Assembly (NCBI GenBank): GCA_031415215.1
Contig: JANORH010000251.1
Coordinates: 1 to 62,884, forward strand
Length of the DNA: 62,884 nucleotides
Origin: Alphaproteobacteria bacterium
GTDB taxonomy: Bacteria > Pseudomonadota > Alphaproteobacteria > Caulobacterales > Caulobacteraceae
Direction of reading: 5' to 3'
Of this stretch, positions 31,207 to 40,849 are shown piece by piece (the first letter of the stretch is position 1; each line of letters opens with the position of its first letter). The notes under the pieces were generated by a model, which had not been told where the DNA came from, did no database searches, and saw only the letters and a list, made by a program, of their open reading frames with translations. The translations under genes were made by a program, and so were the position numbers.

Positions 31207-32037
31207 ATGGCATCCAGGGTTTTGGTCGTAACCAAGGGGCATCCGTTCGATCACAACGCCTTCCATGCGTTGTTCGACGCCAACCCGGACGTCGTCGCGA
31301 CCTTTGTGGAACAGCCAGCAGCGCAAGTAATCCTGCGGCCAGAAAACATCACGTCGTATGACGCTGTGGTGTTCTACGACATGATGGGAATTCCCATGGG
31401 GCCGGACGCCCTGGCGGCCGCTCAACCCCCCGCGGACTATGTCAGAAGTGTCGAGGCGCTTCTGGACAAGGGTGTTGGTCTGGTCCTTCTCAATCACGCC
31501 TTGGTGCAATGGCCGTTGTGGCCGCTGTGGCAGGAAATAACCGGATCAACTTTTCGGCTGACGCAGGGCGAGGTCAACGGCGTTGTTGTTCCGGGCTCGG
31601 GCTACCGCGGCGGCGGCGGCGAGCCTCACCGCAACGCCACCCACCGGCTGTCGCCGGTCGGCCCGTCCCATCAGGTGACCCGTGGCCTTGAGGCCGGGTT
31701 CGAGATCACCGACGAGCTCTACCTGCGAACGCCTCTGCCGGTGACTCCGGACATCGTGGCTCTGTTGACGAGCGACTATGCGTTCACCCAGGCCAATTTC
31801 AGCCCGCCGCCGCTTGCACCCCCGTCCGAGCAGGAGTCCTGGACCCACGAGGACGGTGACAGTGTCATTGTCTGGGCAAGGCGCGCCCGCAACAGTCCCG
31901 TGGTCGCATCAGAAGCGGGAGATGGACCGGCCGCCTACTCAAATCCCGACTTTCAACGCTTGCTTGCTAATGCGATCGCCTGGGTGGCATCCGACGAAGC
32001 ACGCGCGTGGGCGCGCAACCGCCCGACCTTGGATTAG
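31207..32037 (+). CDS. ThuA-domain protein, copy 2 (paralog of 19596-20450)
   Basis: VLVVTKGHPFD, YDM, SGYR, DELY, GDGP..Y, NAIAWVASD. Confidence 0.78.
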   Translation: MASRVLVVTKGHPFDHNAFHALFDANPDVVATFVEQPAAQVILRPENITSYDAVVFYDMMGIPMGPDALAAAQPPADYVRSVEALLDKGVGLVLLNHALVQWPLWPLWQEITGSTFRLTQGEVNGVVVPGSGYRGGGGEPHRNATHRLSPVGPSHQVTRGLEAGFEITDELYLRTPLPVTPDIVALLTSDYAFTQANFSPPPLAPPSEQESWTHEDGDSVIVWARRARNSPVVASEAGDGPAAYSNPDFQRLLANAIAWVASDEARAWARNRPTLD

Positions 32038-32077
32038 ACGTTCAACGTCTGTATCCGGAACGCTATGAGTGGCACCC

Positions 32078-32821
32078 ATGCCAGGTAACGCCAAAGCGCC
32101 GACCCGCGAAAAGGTCCCCGCCACGACGAGCGGCCCATCGACGGATGTCCTGCTGCGCCAGGCCGCCCAGCGAGGGCGCTACATCAGCGATACCATCCTG
32201 GCGAGACGCCGTCGCATGCTCGAAGCGGCCAAACAGATGATCGCTGAGGCTGGCCCCGACGGCTTTACGATCCGTGAACTGAGCCGCCGCGCCAAGGTCT
32301 CGGTGACGACCATCTACGCGACCTATGGCGACAAACTCGGCCTGGTAGCGGCCGCTATCGAGGACTATTATCAAAGTCTTCCGCTGTCCCGTGCGCCACA
32401 AACGACCAGCCTCTCGACACTATTGGCGTCCAAGGAAGACGTACGCCGGGCCATCCTGGCAAATCCGCCGTATGCCCGTCAGTACGCCGAGCTCTATTTC
32501 TCACGGTCCGTCGATCCACGTATTTACAAGGTCATCCGGGATACTTCCACGGCATCGGGAGGGCACCTGCCGTGGCTGCAGAAAAGCCTTCGCGACGGCG
32601 ACATCGTTCCGGGCCTTGGCATCGACTACCTCACCACACTGTTCGCCAATCAGCGCCTCACGGTGCTGCACGATTGGGCGCATGGACGGGTCACGGATGA
32701 AGGCTTGGGAACCGCTCTGCAGATGGCGTTTTTGATCATGGCTCGTGGCGTGACACGCGGTCAGACGCTGGCGCGGGTGGACACAGAGCTGAAGCGGTTG
32801 GTGCGGACGGCGGCGATCTGA
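32078..32821 (+). CDS. TetR/AcrR family transcriptional regulator
   Basis: MLEAAKQMIAEAGPDGFTIRELSRRAKVSVTTIYATYGDK HTH. Confidence 0.88.
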   Translation: MPGNAKAPTREKVPATTSGPSTDVLLRQAAQRGRYISDTILARRRRMLEAAKQMIAEAGPDGFTIRELSRRAKVSVTTIYATYGDKLGLVAAAIEDYYQSLPLSRAPQTTSLSTLLASKEDVRRAILANPPYARQYAELYFSRSVDPRIYKVIRDTSTASGGHLPWLQKSLRDGDIVPGLGIDYLTTLFANQRLTVLHDWAHGRVTDEGLGTALQMAFLIMARGVTRGQTLARVDTELKRLVRTAAI

Positions 32822-32906
32822 TGTCCCGCAGCCAGCGAACCTTGATCTGTGAAAATAGCCTGAACCGACGTCAGCCTCAGCTGAGCCTTGCCGATGGGAA
32901 CGCCGA

Positions 32907-33380
32907 ATGACAATTGATGACCTGCTTGACATCGAGCGGATCCGGAAGCTCCGGGTTCTCTACTCATACTACCTTGACGCTGCGGAGCTGGACTCCTTGA
33001 TCGGCCTGTTTGCCGACGACGCGGTCTGCGAATTCGGGCCTTTCGGCGTCTGGACCGGCAAGGCGATGATCGCCGAAAACTATGCGCGCGTGATGGGCCC
33101 CATGTTCGAGAAGGGACCGTTCCATTCGCTGCACGCCAACACCAACCACTGGGTCGAAATCACGGGGCCGGACACTGCGGTCGGACGCCTCTATCTGATC
33201 GATCTGGCCCTGGATGGAGATCCCGCCGTCAATCCCATGATATGGCTTGGGGCTTATGACGAGGCCTACTCCCGGGTCGATGGCCAGTGGAAGCTTCGGC
33301 GCTCAAGCCTTCAGTTCCTCTGGCCGCAACGGCACATCACCGACAATTTCCCTGGCGCGCACCTGCCGATCAGGCCGTAG
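32907..33380 (+). CDS. SnoaL/NTF2-like protein (LinA/BaiE-like)
   Basis: DIERIRKLRVLYSYYLD, LFADDA, H..TNH, YDEAYSRVDGQWK. Confidence 0.85.
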   Translation: MTIDDLLDIERIRKLRVLYSYYLDAAELDSLIGLFADDAVCEFGPFGVWTGKAMIAENYARVMGPMFEKGPFHSLHANTNHWVEITGPDTAVGRLYLIDLALDGDPAVNPMIWLGAYDEAYSRVDGQWKLRRSSLQFLWPQRHITDNFPGAHLPIRP

Positions 33381-33385
33381 ACGGT

Positions 33386-34153
33386 TTACGGGCCGCCCGC
33401 GACGCTGATGCACTGACCCGTCGTCCATTCTGCTGCGGGCGAGGCAAAGAAGACGGCTGCTGCGGCGATGTCAGCGGGATTGCCGACCCGACCCATCGGA
33501 ATTGAGGGCCCGAACATCTTCTCGGCGACATCCTCTTCGACATGCAGGGTCTCTGCCAGCATCTCTGTGAAGACGGTTCCAGGCGCGATGCAGTTGACGG
33601 TGATGCCTCGGCTGCCCAGTTCCACCGACAGGGTCCGTGTCATGGCGATGACGCCGTTGTTGGCCGTCGAATAGGCGCCGAAGCCGGGTGTTGGGCGCAA
33701 GGCCGCAATCGATACGATATTGATGATCCGGCCACCGTTCTTCATGCGGACCGCCGCCTGCTGAGACCCGAAGAACTTGTGGCGCAGATTGAGAGAAATC
33801 TGCTCGTCCCACTTCTGGTGCGTGATCTCGGTAAGCGGATGCTGCTTACGGTCCAGATTGCCCCCGGCGTTGTTGACCATGATATCGATCGCGCCGAGTT
33901 CGGCGACCACCCGGTCCAGGGCGGCCGGGATCACGACATCATCCAGGACGTCACCCGAGATCGCCAGCGCGCGGCGGCCCATTTTCTCGATGTCCCGCGC
34001 GACGGCTTCGACGTCGTCCTGACGGCGCGCCAGTACCGCGACGTCGGCCCCGCATTCCGCAAAAGCCAGGGCGATGCCACGGCCGATACCCTTGCCACCG
34101 CCGGTGACCAGAGCGACCTTGCCGTCAAGCCGAAATCTCTCGTGCATACCCAT
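33386..34153 (-). CDS. SDR family oxidoreductase with atypical YxxxN
   Basis: RLDGKVALVTGGGKGIG, VNNAG, YSTAN, VNCIAPG. Confidence 0.88.
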   Translation of the reverse strand: MGMHERFRLDGKVALVTGGGKGIGRGIALAFAECGADVAVLARRQDDVEAVARDIEKMGRRALAISGDVLDDVVIPAALDRVVAELGAIDIMVNNAGGNLDRKQHPLTEITHQKWDEQISLNLRHKFFGSQQAAVRMKNGGRIINIVSIAALRPTPGFGAYSTANNGVIAMTRTLSVELGSRGITVNCIAPGTVFTEMLAETLHVEEDVAEKMFGPSIPMGRVGNPADIAAAAVFFASPAAEWTTGQCISVAGGP

Positions 34154-34399
34154 GGACGTTTTCCTCTTCACCGCGCGAACCATAAGACCAAGGACCTGGA
34201 ACGTCGTCGGCGTCTGCGGTCACTTCTCGTAACGTGTAACGGTTTTGACGCTATTGATCGATCTGGCTAAAGGCAAGCGTCGCAGCGACGGCATTGACGA
34301 TTGTCGCAGCGAAGAAACGCTTTGGATGCCTGGGAAGGCGTGCTCCAATTCGGGGCAATATCTGATGCCCGTGATGGCTGAAAACCGAGAGGAAACCGC

Positions 34400-34873
34400 A
34401 TGGATCCCCTACAAAGGCTTCTGGCCATCGAAGACATCAGGGGCCTGAAAGCACGCTACTTTCGCTGCATGGATACGAAAGACTGGGATGGCCTGGCGAA
34501 GGTGTTCGCACCAGCCGCCGTCTTCGATCTGAGAGAGGTCAGTAGTGTGCGCAATCCACTCACCGGTGAATGGACACCACCCCATGGGGGTGAAACAGCC
34601 GTCCACCGCGGCCATGCAAATGTCCTCAAAATGATCCGCGACGCCGTCGAGCTCAGGGTGACGATTCACCACGGGCACATGGGCGAGATCGAGATCACCA
34701 GCGACACGACAGCGCGCGGAATCTGGGCGATGGAGGATGTTGTTGTCAACGCGCCAGGTGGCGAGCCAATCGATATGCACGGCTCCGGGCACTATCACGA
34801 TACCTACGTACGTCTGTCGGATGGCTGGGCCATTCTGACCACCAAAATCACACGTCTCGCCCTAAAGGTCTAG
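34400..34873 (+). CDS. SnoaL/NTF2-like protein (BaiE-like dehydratase family)
   Basis: IEDIRGLKARYFRCMDTKDW, TIHHGHMGEIEI, ARGIWAMED, GHYHDTY. Confidence 0.85.
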   Translation: MDPLQRLLAIEDIRGLKARYFRCMDTKDWDGLAKVFAPAAVFDLREVSSVRNPLTGEWTPPHGGETAVHRGHANVLKMIRDAVELRVTIHHGHMGEIEITSDTTARGIWAMEDVVVNAPGGEPIDMHGSGHYHDTYVRLSDGWAILTTKITRLALKV

Positions 34874-35030
34874 CCGGACCCGGGCTCAGAACAGTGCGAT
34901 TGCCAGTCGTCTGTGTGAGGCAAATTTCCCTCGTTGTCGGGAGGTTGAGGCCGTCGAGGCGATGTGATCTGTTCGTCGTTGAAACGTTCGTGCCCGGTTG
35001 TGCAATGCGGGACGACAAAGGGAGATTGGC

Positions 35031-35723
35031 ATGGCAACGACGCTCATTACAGGCGCAAACCGCGGCATCGGCCTGGCACTGGCCAGGCAATACACCGAAG
35101 CGGGAGACCGGGTGTTCGCAACCTGCCGGTCACCCGTCGATGCGGGCGATCTCAATAGTCTTGCCGCAGGGTCAGGTGGGCGCCTGACCGTTCACGCGTT
35201 GGATGTTGGCGACAGCGCATCAGTATCCGCCTGCGCCAAGGCGGTCGGCGGCATACCGATAGATATCCTGATCAACAACGCTGGTATCCTGGGTGGAAAA
35301 TCTCAAACCCTGGAGGCGATCGACTTCGATGCCTGGATCGATGCCCTGAAGGTAATGACCATCGGCCCGTTCCGTATGGTGCAGACATTTCTGCCGAACC
35401 TGAAAGCCGCCGCTGCGCCCAAGGTAATGACGGTAACCAGCCAGCTGGCCGCCTCAACCTGGCCGTTCGGTGGTTCCTACGCCTACTCCAGCGCCAAGGC
35501 CGGGGTGAACAAGGTGATGCAGACGCTGGCCAAGGACCTCAAGGCTCAGAACATCACCGTGGCGATGATCCATCCGGGTTGGGTGAAAACCGATATGGGC
35601 GGCGACGGCGCCGACATCACCGCGCAGGAAAGCGCGACCGGCATTCGAAGTGTGATAGCTGGCCTCACGTCGGAGACATCGGGAAAATTCTACAAGTGGA
35701 ACGGCGAAATTCACCCCTGGTGA
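35031..35723 (+). CDS. SDR family oxidoreductase (CsgA/sniffer-like)
   Basis: ITGANRGIG, INNAG, YSSAK, HPGWVKTDMGG. Confidence 0.92.
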   Translation: MATTLITGANRGIGLALARQYTEAGDRVFATCRSPVDAGDLNSLAAGSGGRLTVHALDVGDSASVSACAKAVGGIPIDILINNAGILGGKSQTLEAIDFDAWIDALKVMTIGPFRMVQTFLPNLKAAAAPKVMTVTSQLAASTWPFGGSYAYSSAKAGVNKVMQTLAKDLKAQNITVAMIHPGWVKTDMGGDGADITAQESATGIRSVIAGLTSETSGKFYKWNGEIHPW

Positions 35724-35904
35724 CCGCCGTGATGTCGGCGGCGAGATCGCGGAACCGCCCGCCTTCGGCCTTGGGTCTTCTGCACGAAAACGGATATTTG
35801 TTGCATATTTGATGTTGATCATCCCAAATTCCTGATGGGGAGGGCGGAGTGGTGAAAGCGCTTCGCGTTCTCCTATCGGACCGCATTTCAGAAGAGGCCA
35901 GTCG

Positions 35905-36663
35905 ATGAATCTAGGATTGGAAGGCAAGAGGGCGCTGGTCACCGGATCGACCCGCGGCATCGGTCGGCGGATCGCCGAGTGTTTGCTGGCCGACGGCGCG
36001 GCCGTGGCCGTCGGCGCACGTGATGCTGCCGAAGTCTCGGCCGCCGTCGAGACCCTTGGCAAGACCGGCAAGGTGGTTGGTGATGTGCTGGATGTCGCGG
36101 ACGCCGAAAGCTATCGCGGCTGGATCAACGCCATGGCCGAGAAACTGGGCGGCGTGGACATCTTTGTCCACAACGTCTCCGGCGGCGGCAGCATGGACGG
36201 CGAGGCCAGTTGGTACAAGTGCTTCGAGATCGACATGATGGGCGCCGTGCGCGGCTGCGAAGCGGCCATGCCGCACCTCAAGGCGTCGGACGCCGCATCG
36301 GTCATCTTCATCGGCACTACGGCAGCGGTTGAAACCTTCATGGGACCCATGGCCTACAACGCCCTGAAGGCGGGTCTGGTCACCTATGCCAAGCAGCTTT
36401 CGCAGGCGGTGGGGGCTGACAACATCCGGGTCAATGTAGTCTCGCCTGGCCCGATACAGTTCCCCGGCGGTGCCTGGGAGAACATCGGCAAAGGCATGCC
36501 GGATATGTACAAATCGCACCTCGCCGTCCAGCCGAACGGCCGCTTCGGAACGCCCGAGGAAGTGGCCAAGGTCGTAACCTTCCTGGCCAGCCCCGCCGCA
36601 AGCTGGGTGACCGGCGTAAATCTAATCGTCGATGGCGGCTACACCAAACGCGTCCAACTCTAG
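35905..36663 (+). CDS. SDR family oxidoreductase (paralog of 56383-57144)
   Basis: MNLGLEGK..TGSTRGIG, YNALK, IRVNVVSPGP, VDGGYTKRVQ. Confidence 0.92.
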   Translation: MNLGLEGKRALVTGSTRGIGRRIAECLLADGAAVAVGARDAAEVSAAVETLGKTGKVVGDVLDVADAESYRGWINAMAEKLGGVDIFVHNVSGGGSMDGEASWYKCFEIDMMGAVRGCEAAMPHLKASDAASVIFIGTTAAVETFMGPMAYNALKAGLVTYAKQLSQAVGADNIRVNVVSPGPIQFPGGAWENIGKGMPDMYKSHLAVQPNGRFGTPEEVAKVVTFLASPAASWVTGVNLIVDGGYTKRVQL

Positions 36664-36716
36664 GCGCCTGGCCGCGACCTCGGCGCAGGACGGCCCCACG
36701 ATAAGGAAGACAGCTC

Positions 36717-38024
36717 ATGGCCAGAACAGAACCCCGGACGGCACCCACAGAAATGAAGTGCCCCGTCACGCTTGCGGATGTTGATCTGTTTGGCCCGGGC
36801 GCCCAGGAACACTGGTACGAAGCCTACCCGATCCTCCACGCCGAGGCTCCCGTTTGCCGGCTGCCCGGCGAGGGGGCCGAGCCCGGTTCGGACGGATTCA
36901 TACTGACCAGGTATGAGGACATCCTCAGAGTGGTGCGCGATCCGGAACGCTTCCCACCAGGCCTGACGACGCCGCCCAAGCCAAATCCCGATGGCTCCAT
37001 GCCGCAGATGAACGCCATGATGGCCTCAATTCAGACCCTGCGCCCCAATGAGGACCTCTGGCGTGCTCACAAGGCGGAGTTGACCGATCCCTGGGTCGGA
37101 ACTGGCGCAACCCGTCACCGCGACATGATAACCAAGGCGGCGAATGGCCTCATCGACAACTGGATCGGTAAGAGCACCATCGACTTCGTCGGTGAGTTCG
37201 CCCGGCCGCTACCACAGATCGTCTTGGCCAATGTCCTCGGATTTCCCGTCGAGGACATTCCTCGGATGGAGATATGGGGCGGGGCCCAGGTGATGGCGTT
37301 TGTATATGGCAAAGGCCACCGCAATCAGCTGACGCTGGAGCAGATGGGCGGGCAGATGCGCCTGCTGGCCGGCTTCGGCGAGTATGTCGCCGGCTGGGTG
37401 ATCGAGAAGCGCCAGAACCCCCAGGACGACATGATCTCCTGGCTGACCCAGGTGACCTATGGTGCCCTGGACCGAAAGCTCACTGACGTCGAAATCAACG
37501 GTATCGACTATGCGATGATGATCGGCGGCCTGGAGACGACCCAGTACGCGATGGCAGAGCAGGCACAGCTCTTCTGCGAGGATCCGGACCTCTATCAAAC
37601 CCTCCGCGGTGACCGCAGCAAACTGAGAAACTTTATCGAAGAGAGCCTGCGTCTACGCTCGCCGACCCAGGGCCTGTCGACCCGCACCACGACGCAGGAC
37701 GAGATATTCCAAGGGGTGAAGGTGCCGGCCGGCTCCCTGCTGCACATGCGCTGGGCTGCCGGCAACCGCGACCCGGAAGAGTGGGAGTGTCCCCATGATC
37801 TGCAGCTCGACCGCAAAGGTGTCACCCGGCACCTTACCTTCTCACAGGGGTCGCGCAGTTGCCCGGGATCGGGCATTTCCCGGCTGGAGCAACTTACCGC
37901 CTGGAACCTCCTGATGGACCGCGTTGAATCGTTTGAGTACGCGGCCGGCAACAGCTTCGAGCATCAGCCCGGGATCATGCTGGGTCTGTTTGAGCTGAAG
38001 CTGAACATTACCGCCGAAAAATAG
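36717..38024 (+). CDS. Cytochrome P450
   Basis: I-helix GGLETT, ExxR (EESLR), AGNRDP, heme motif HLTFSQGSRSCPG. Confidence 0.93.
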   Translation: MARTEPRTAPTEMKCPVTLADVDLFGPGAQEHWYEAYPILHAEAPVCRLPGEGAEPGSDGFILTRYEDILRVVRDPERFPPGLTTPPKPNPDGSMPQMNAMMASIQTLRPNEDLWRAHKAELTDPWVGTGATRHRDMITKAANGLIDNWIGKSTIDFVGEFARPLPQIVLANVLGFPVEDIPRMEIWGGAQVMAFVYGKGHRNQLTLEQMGGQMRLLAGFGEYVAGWVIEKRQNPQDDMISWLTQVTYGALDRKLTDVEINGIDYAMMIGGLETTQYAMAEQAQLFCEDPDLYQTLRGDRSKLRNFIEESLRLRSPTQGLSTRTTTQDEIFQGVKVPAGSLLHMRWAAGNRDPEEWECPHDLQLDRKGVTRHLTFSQGSRSCPGSGISRLEQLTAWNLLMDRVESFEYAAGNSFEHQPGIMLGLFELKLNITAEK

Positions 38025-38174
38025 GGCTTTCGCCCACGTCAGGACGCCAGAACGGCAGAAGCGTGGCAACCTCCGGGAAGTGAGGTGGCCACGCTCCATC
38101 TGCAGGTATCGATGGCTGGTACCGCTCGTTGTTCACAGTCAGCCAGGCCGACTGCGAACAACGAGATCGGGTCT

Positions 38175-40697
38175 TTAGAACGACGCTGCGATTTCAACAC
38201 CCCAGCTACGCCCGGGCGTGATCGTACTGGCCCCGAACAGCGGAGCGATAAGCAGACCCGCTTCACGCCGCCAGCCGGTCAGGTTCCGACCGAACACGGT
38301 CGCCTTGTAGTTTTCGTAGTTGTAACTCACCGACGCTGATAGGTCTGTGTGAGATTTCGTGAAGCCAAGGGACGTGTTGTAGATGTCACCAAAGGTTGAA
38401 TCCACCCATGTGACTTTCGAGCCCAGCGTCAGATCACCCGGGCCGAATGGCATAGTATAGGTGGCCGATCCGCCAGCCGTATATTTCGGCGCATTGCGCG
38501 GCTCAAGGAAAGTCGCGTTCACGATCGGCACGGGTCCGGCCTTGTTGCCGGGGAAGCCAATCAGAAGGTTGGTGTACTTTGCGTCCAGGTATCCAAACGA
38601 CGCCGCCAGACTTAGCTGCTGATTGACGACCCATTGCAGTTCGGCTTCAAACCCTTGGTAGCGAAGACCGCCGACATTCGTAAACAGGGTGACCACCGTG
38701 TTCGTTGTGTCATCGAAGACGATGGCCGATTCCTGCTTGTTGGTGAAATCGTTGCGGAAGGCAGCGAGGTTGAGTTGCACGCTGTTGTCGAAGAACTGGC
38801 CCTTCATGCCGATTTCATACGATTGCGCAGTCTCCGGGTCGTATTGGTTCTGCGCGAAATCCTGGGTGTTTTGATTCACACCAAAGAAACCGCCCGAGTG
38901 CCATCCCTCGGAATAGGAACCGTACAGCAGTATATCCGGCGTCATCTTGTAGGAGAGCGCCGCCATCGGCGTTGTCTGTTTCCAGCTGTTCTTCAGCCGG
39001 ATGCTGTCCGGGAAGGCGAAGACGTCGACCCGCGCCAATGGGGTCTGGTAGGCTTGATAACCGGTGAAGTCCTTCTGTTCCCAAGTATACCTCAAACCGA
39101 CGGTCAGCGTCAGTTTCGGCAGGAGTTCCCAATCGGCGTGGAAGAAACCCGCGACCGCTTCGGTATCCTGCTCCTCAAAGAGTTTGGCGACGTGTTTGGG
39201 GCCGAAGGCCCCGTTCACCGCCCCATCGCATCGCACCCGACCAAAGACGGCCTGCAGTCCCGGGGTCACCCGCGGCGCGTTACAGGCCGCAACTGGATTG
39301 GAGAAACCTGTGGCCGTCGCCAGCGCCGGATTGAGCCAGGCATTCCTCGCCAGGCTATATCCGCCGAGATTGGAGACAAACTCCCAGAAGTCGCCGCTCG
39401 TCACCCAATTGCGAGTGAAGTGATTTTCAAAATAATAACCTCCGGCAACGAACGAAATCTTGCCCATTGACGAGTCCCAGTCCCCCTCAAGCCGCAGCTC
39501 CTGGCTAAACTGGTCGTAGCGTGCGTCGGTCTCGATATTGATGAGGTCGGTGCTCGATCCGTCGAAGTCTTCTGAGTATTTCTCGTGCTGCTTGCGGTAA
39601 CCGGTCACCGACACGAGCCGGAGATTGTCGTTCAATTTGCCTGTGGCGTTCAGCGTATAGGCGCTGGTCTGTACCAATCCGGGGCTGGTGAAGTTGGGAC
39701 TGATGGTCTTGGCAATCGAGAGATCCGTTCTGGCTGGCGTGTTTGTCAGGCCGAACACACCCGGCAAGAAATTGCTGAGCGTGCCGCCCGGTCCTTGCGA
39801 TGAGCCCGGGGTGTTGAAATCACTCGGCCTGGTTCCCACCGGCAAGACCCCGGCACCGACATTGAAGTTTCCGAGGAATGCGCCGCCCTGGCTCTTGTCG
39901 TCGAACTTTTCGACGGTCAGCAGCGCTTCGATCCTGTCATTGGGCGTGTATTTCAGCACAACCCCATAGTTGTTATAGTCTTTCTGCGGCTGATTGATGT
40001 TCAGGAACGTATTGCGCAGATATCCGTCACGGTTGGCGGAGAAGAAGAAAACCTTGGCCGCCAATGTGTCTTTGATCACCGGAAGGTTGAGAACGCCGCG
40101 GAATTCCTGCTGGTTCCACTTTCCCGTGGTGTATTGAACCTTTGCGCCCCACTCGCCGGTCGGCTTGGAACGAATGACGTTGAGCGCGCCACCAATAGTG
40201 TTTCGCCCGAACAACGTACCCTGCGGGCCCCGCAGGATCTCGACGCGCTCGAGATCAAAGTTATCGATGATCTGGCCCGGCAAAGACCCAAGATAGATGC
40301 CGTCGATCAGCACGCCGATCGGCGAGTCGATCGAATTGTCGTCGGTGCGTGAGGGGCTGATGCCGCGGATGTTGATGCTAGGAGAATTTGAACGCTGGTA
40401 GACGGAGTCGATGCGCACGTTCGGTGTGAAGGCGACGATATCGCGAATGTCGCGAACGTCGGCCGAATTGAGCTGCTCGGTGATCGCTGTCATCGCGATC
40501 GGAACGTTTTGAACGGACTCGCCCTTCGACCGGGCGGTGACCACGACTTCTTCAATACGATTGCTGGCGGTCGAGCCACCACTGTTCGATTGCGCTGCCG
40601 CCACGCCTGCCGAAAGGAGGACCGCCGGCAGGGCCAAAACTGCGGCGCCTGCGGTCGCTGCCATCAATCTACGGCGGCGCGAGATAGTGTGTATCAT
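38175..40697 (-). CDS. TonB-dependent outer membrane receptor (2)
   Basis: Signal peptide, IEEVVVTAR, ERVEILRGPQGTLFGRNTIGG, C-terminal RSWGVEIAASF. Confidence 0.95.
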   Translation of the reverse strand: MIHTISRRRRLMAATAGAAVLALPAVLLSAGVAAAQSNSGGSTASNRIEEVVVTARSKGESVQNVPIAMTAITEQLNSADVRDIRDIVAFTPNVRIDSVYQRSNSPSINIRGISPSRTDDNSIDSPIGVLIDGIYLGSLPGQIIDNFDLERVEILRGPQGTLFGRNTIGGALNVIRSKPTGEWGAKVQYTTGKWNQQEFRGVLNLPVIKDTLAAKVFFFSANRDGYLRNTFLNINQPQKDYNNYGVVLKYTPNDRIEALLTVEKFDDKSQGGAFLGNFNVGAGVLPVGTRPSDFNTPGSSQGPGGTLSNFLPGVFGLTNTPARTDLSIAKTISPNFTSPGLVQTSAYTLNATGKLNDNLRLVSVTGYRKQHEKYSEDFDGSSTDLINIETDARYDQFSQELRLEGDWDSSMGKISFVAGGYYFENHFTRNWVTSGDFWEFVSNLGGYSLARNAWLNPALATATGFSNPVAACNAPRVTPGLQAVFGRVRCDGAVNGAFGPKHVAKLFEEQDTEAVAGFFHADWELLPKLTLTVGLRYTWEQKDFTGYQAYQTPLARVDVFAFPDSIRLKNSWKQTTPMAALSYKMTPDILLYGSYSEGWHSGGFFGVNQNTQDFAQNQYDPETAQSYEIGMKGQFFDNSVQLNLAAFRNDFTNKQESAIVFDDTTNTVVTLFTNVGGLRYQGFEAELQWVVNQQLSLAASFGYLDAKYTNLLIGFPGNKAGPVPIVNATFLEPRNAPKYTAGGSATYTMPFGPGDLTLGSKVTWVDSTFGDIYNTSLGFTKSHTDLSASVSYNYENYKATVFGRNLTGWRREAGLLIAPLFGASTITPGRSWGVEIAASF

Positions 40698-40849
40698 TGC
40701 ATAGCCTCCCCTTTTTCCTGGGCAGTCTGCAAGGCGCGACAGTATCGGAGGTGTCCAATAGCTGAGCGAGCGTCTACGCTACCCTGAGGTCACTCTGAGG
40801 CTAGGGTATGAAAGTGGAAGCTAGCGGAAACGCTAGTTCTGCGACCTGC

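Noticed and set aside
38024-38035. GGGC-TTTC-GCCC mini hairpin after the P450
   Set aside because: A 4-bp stem is too short to call a terminator
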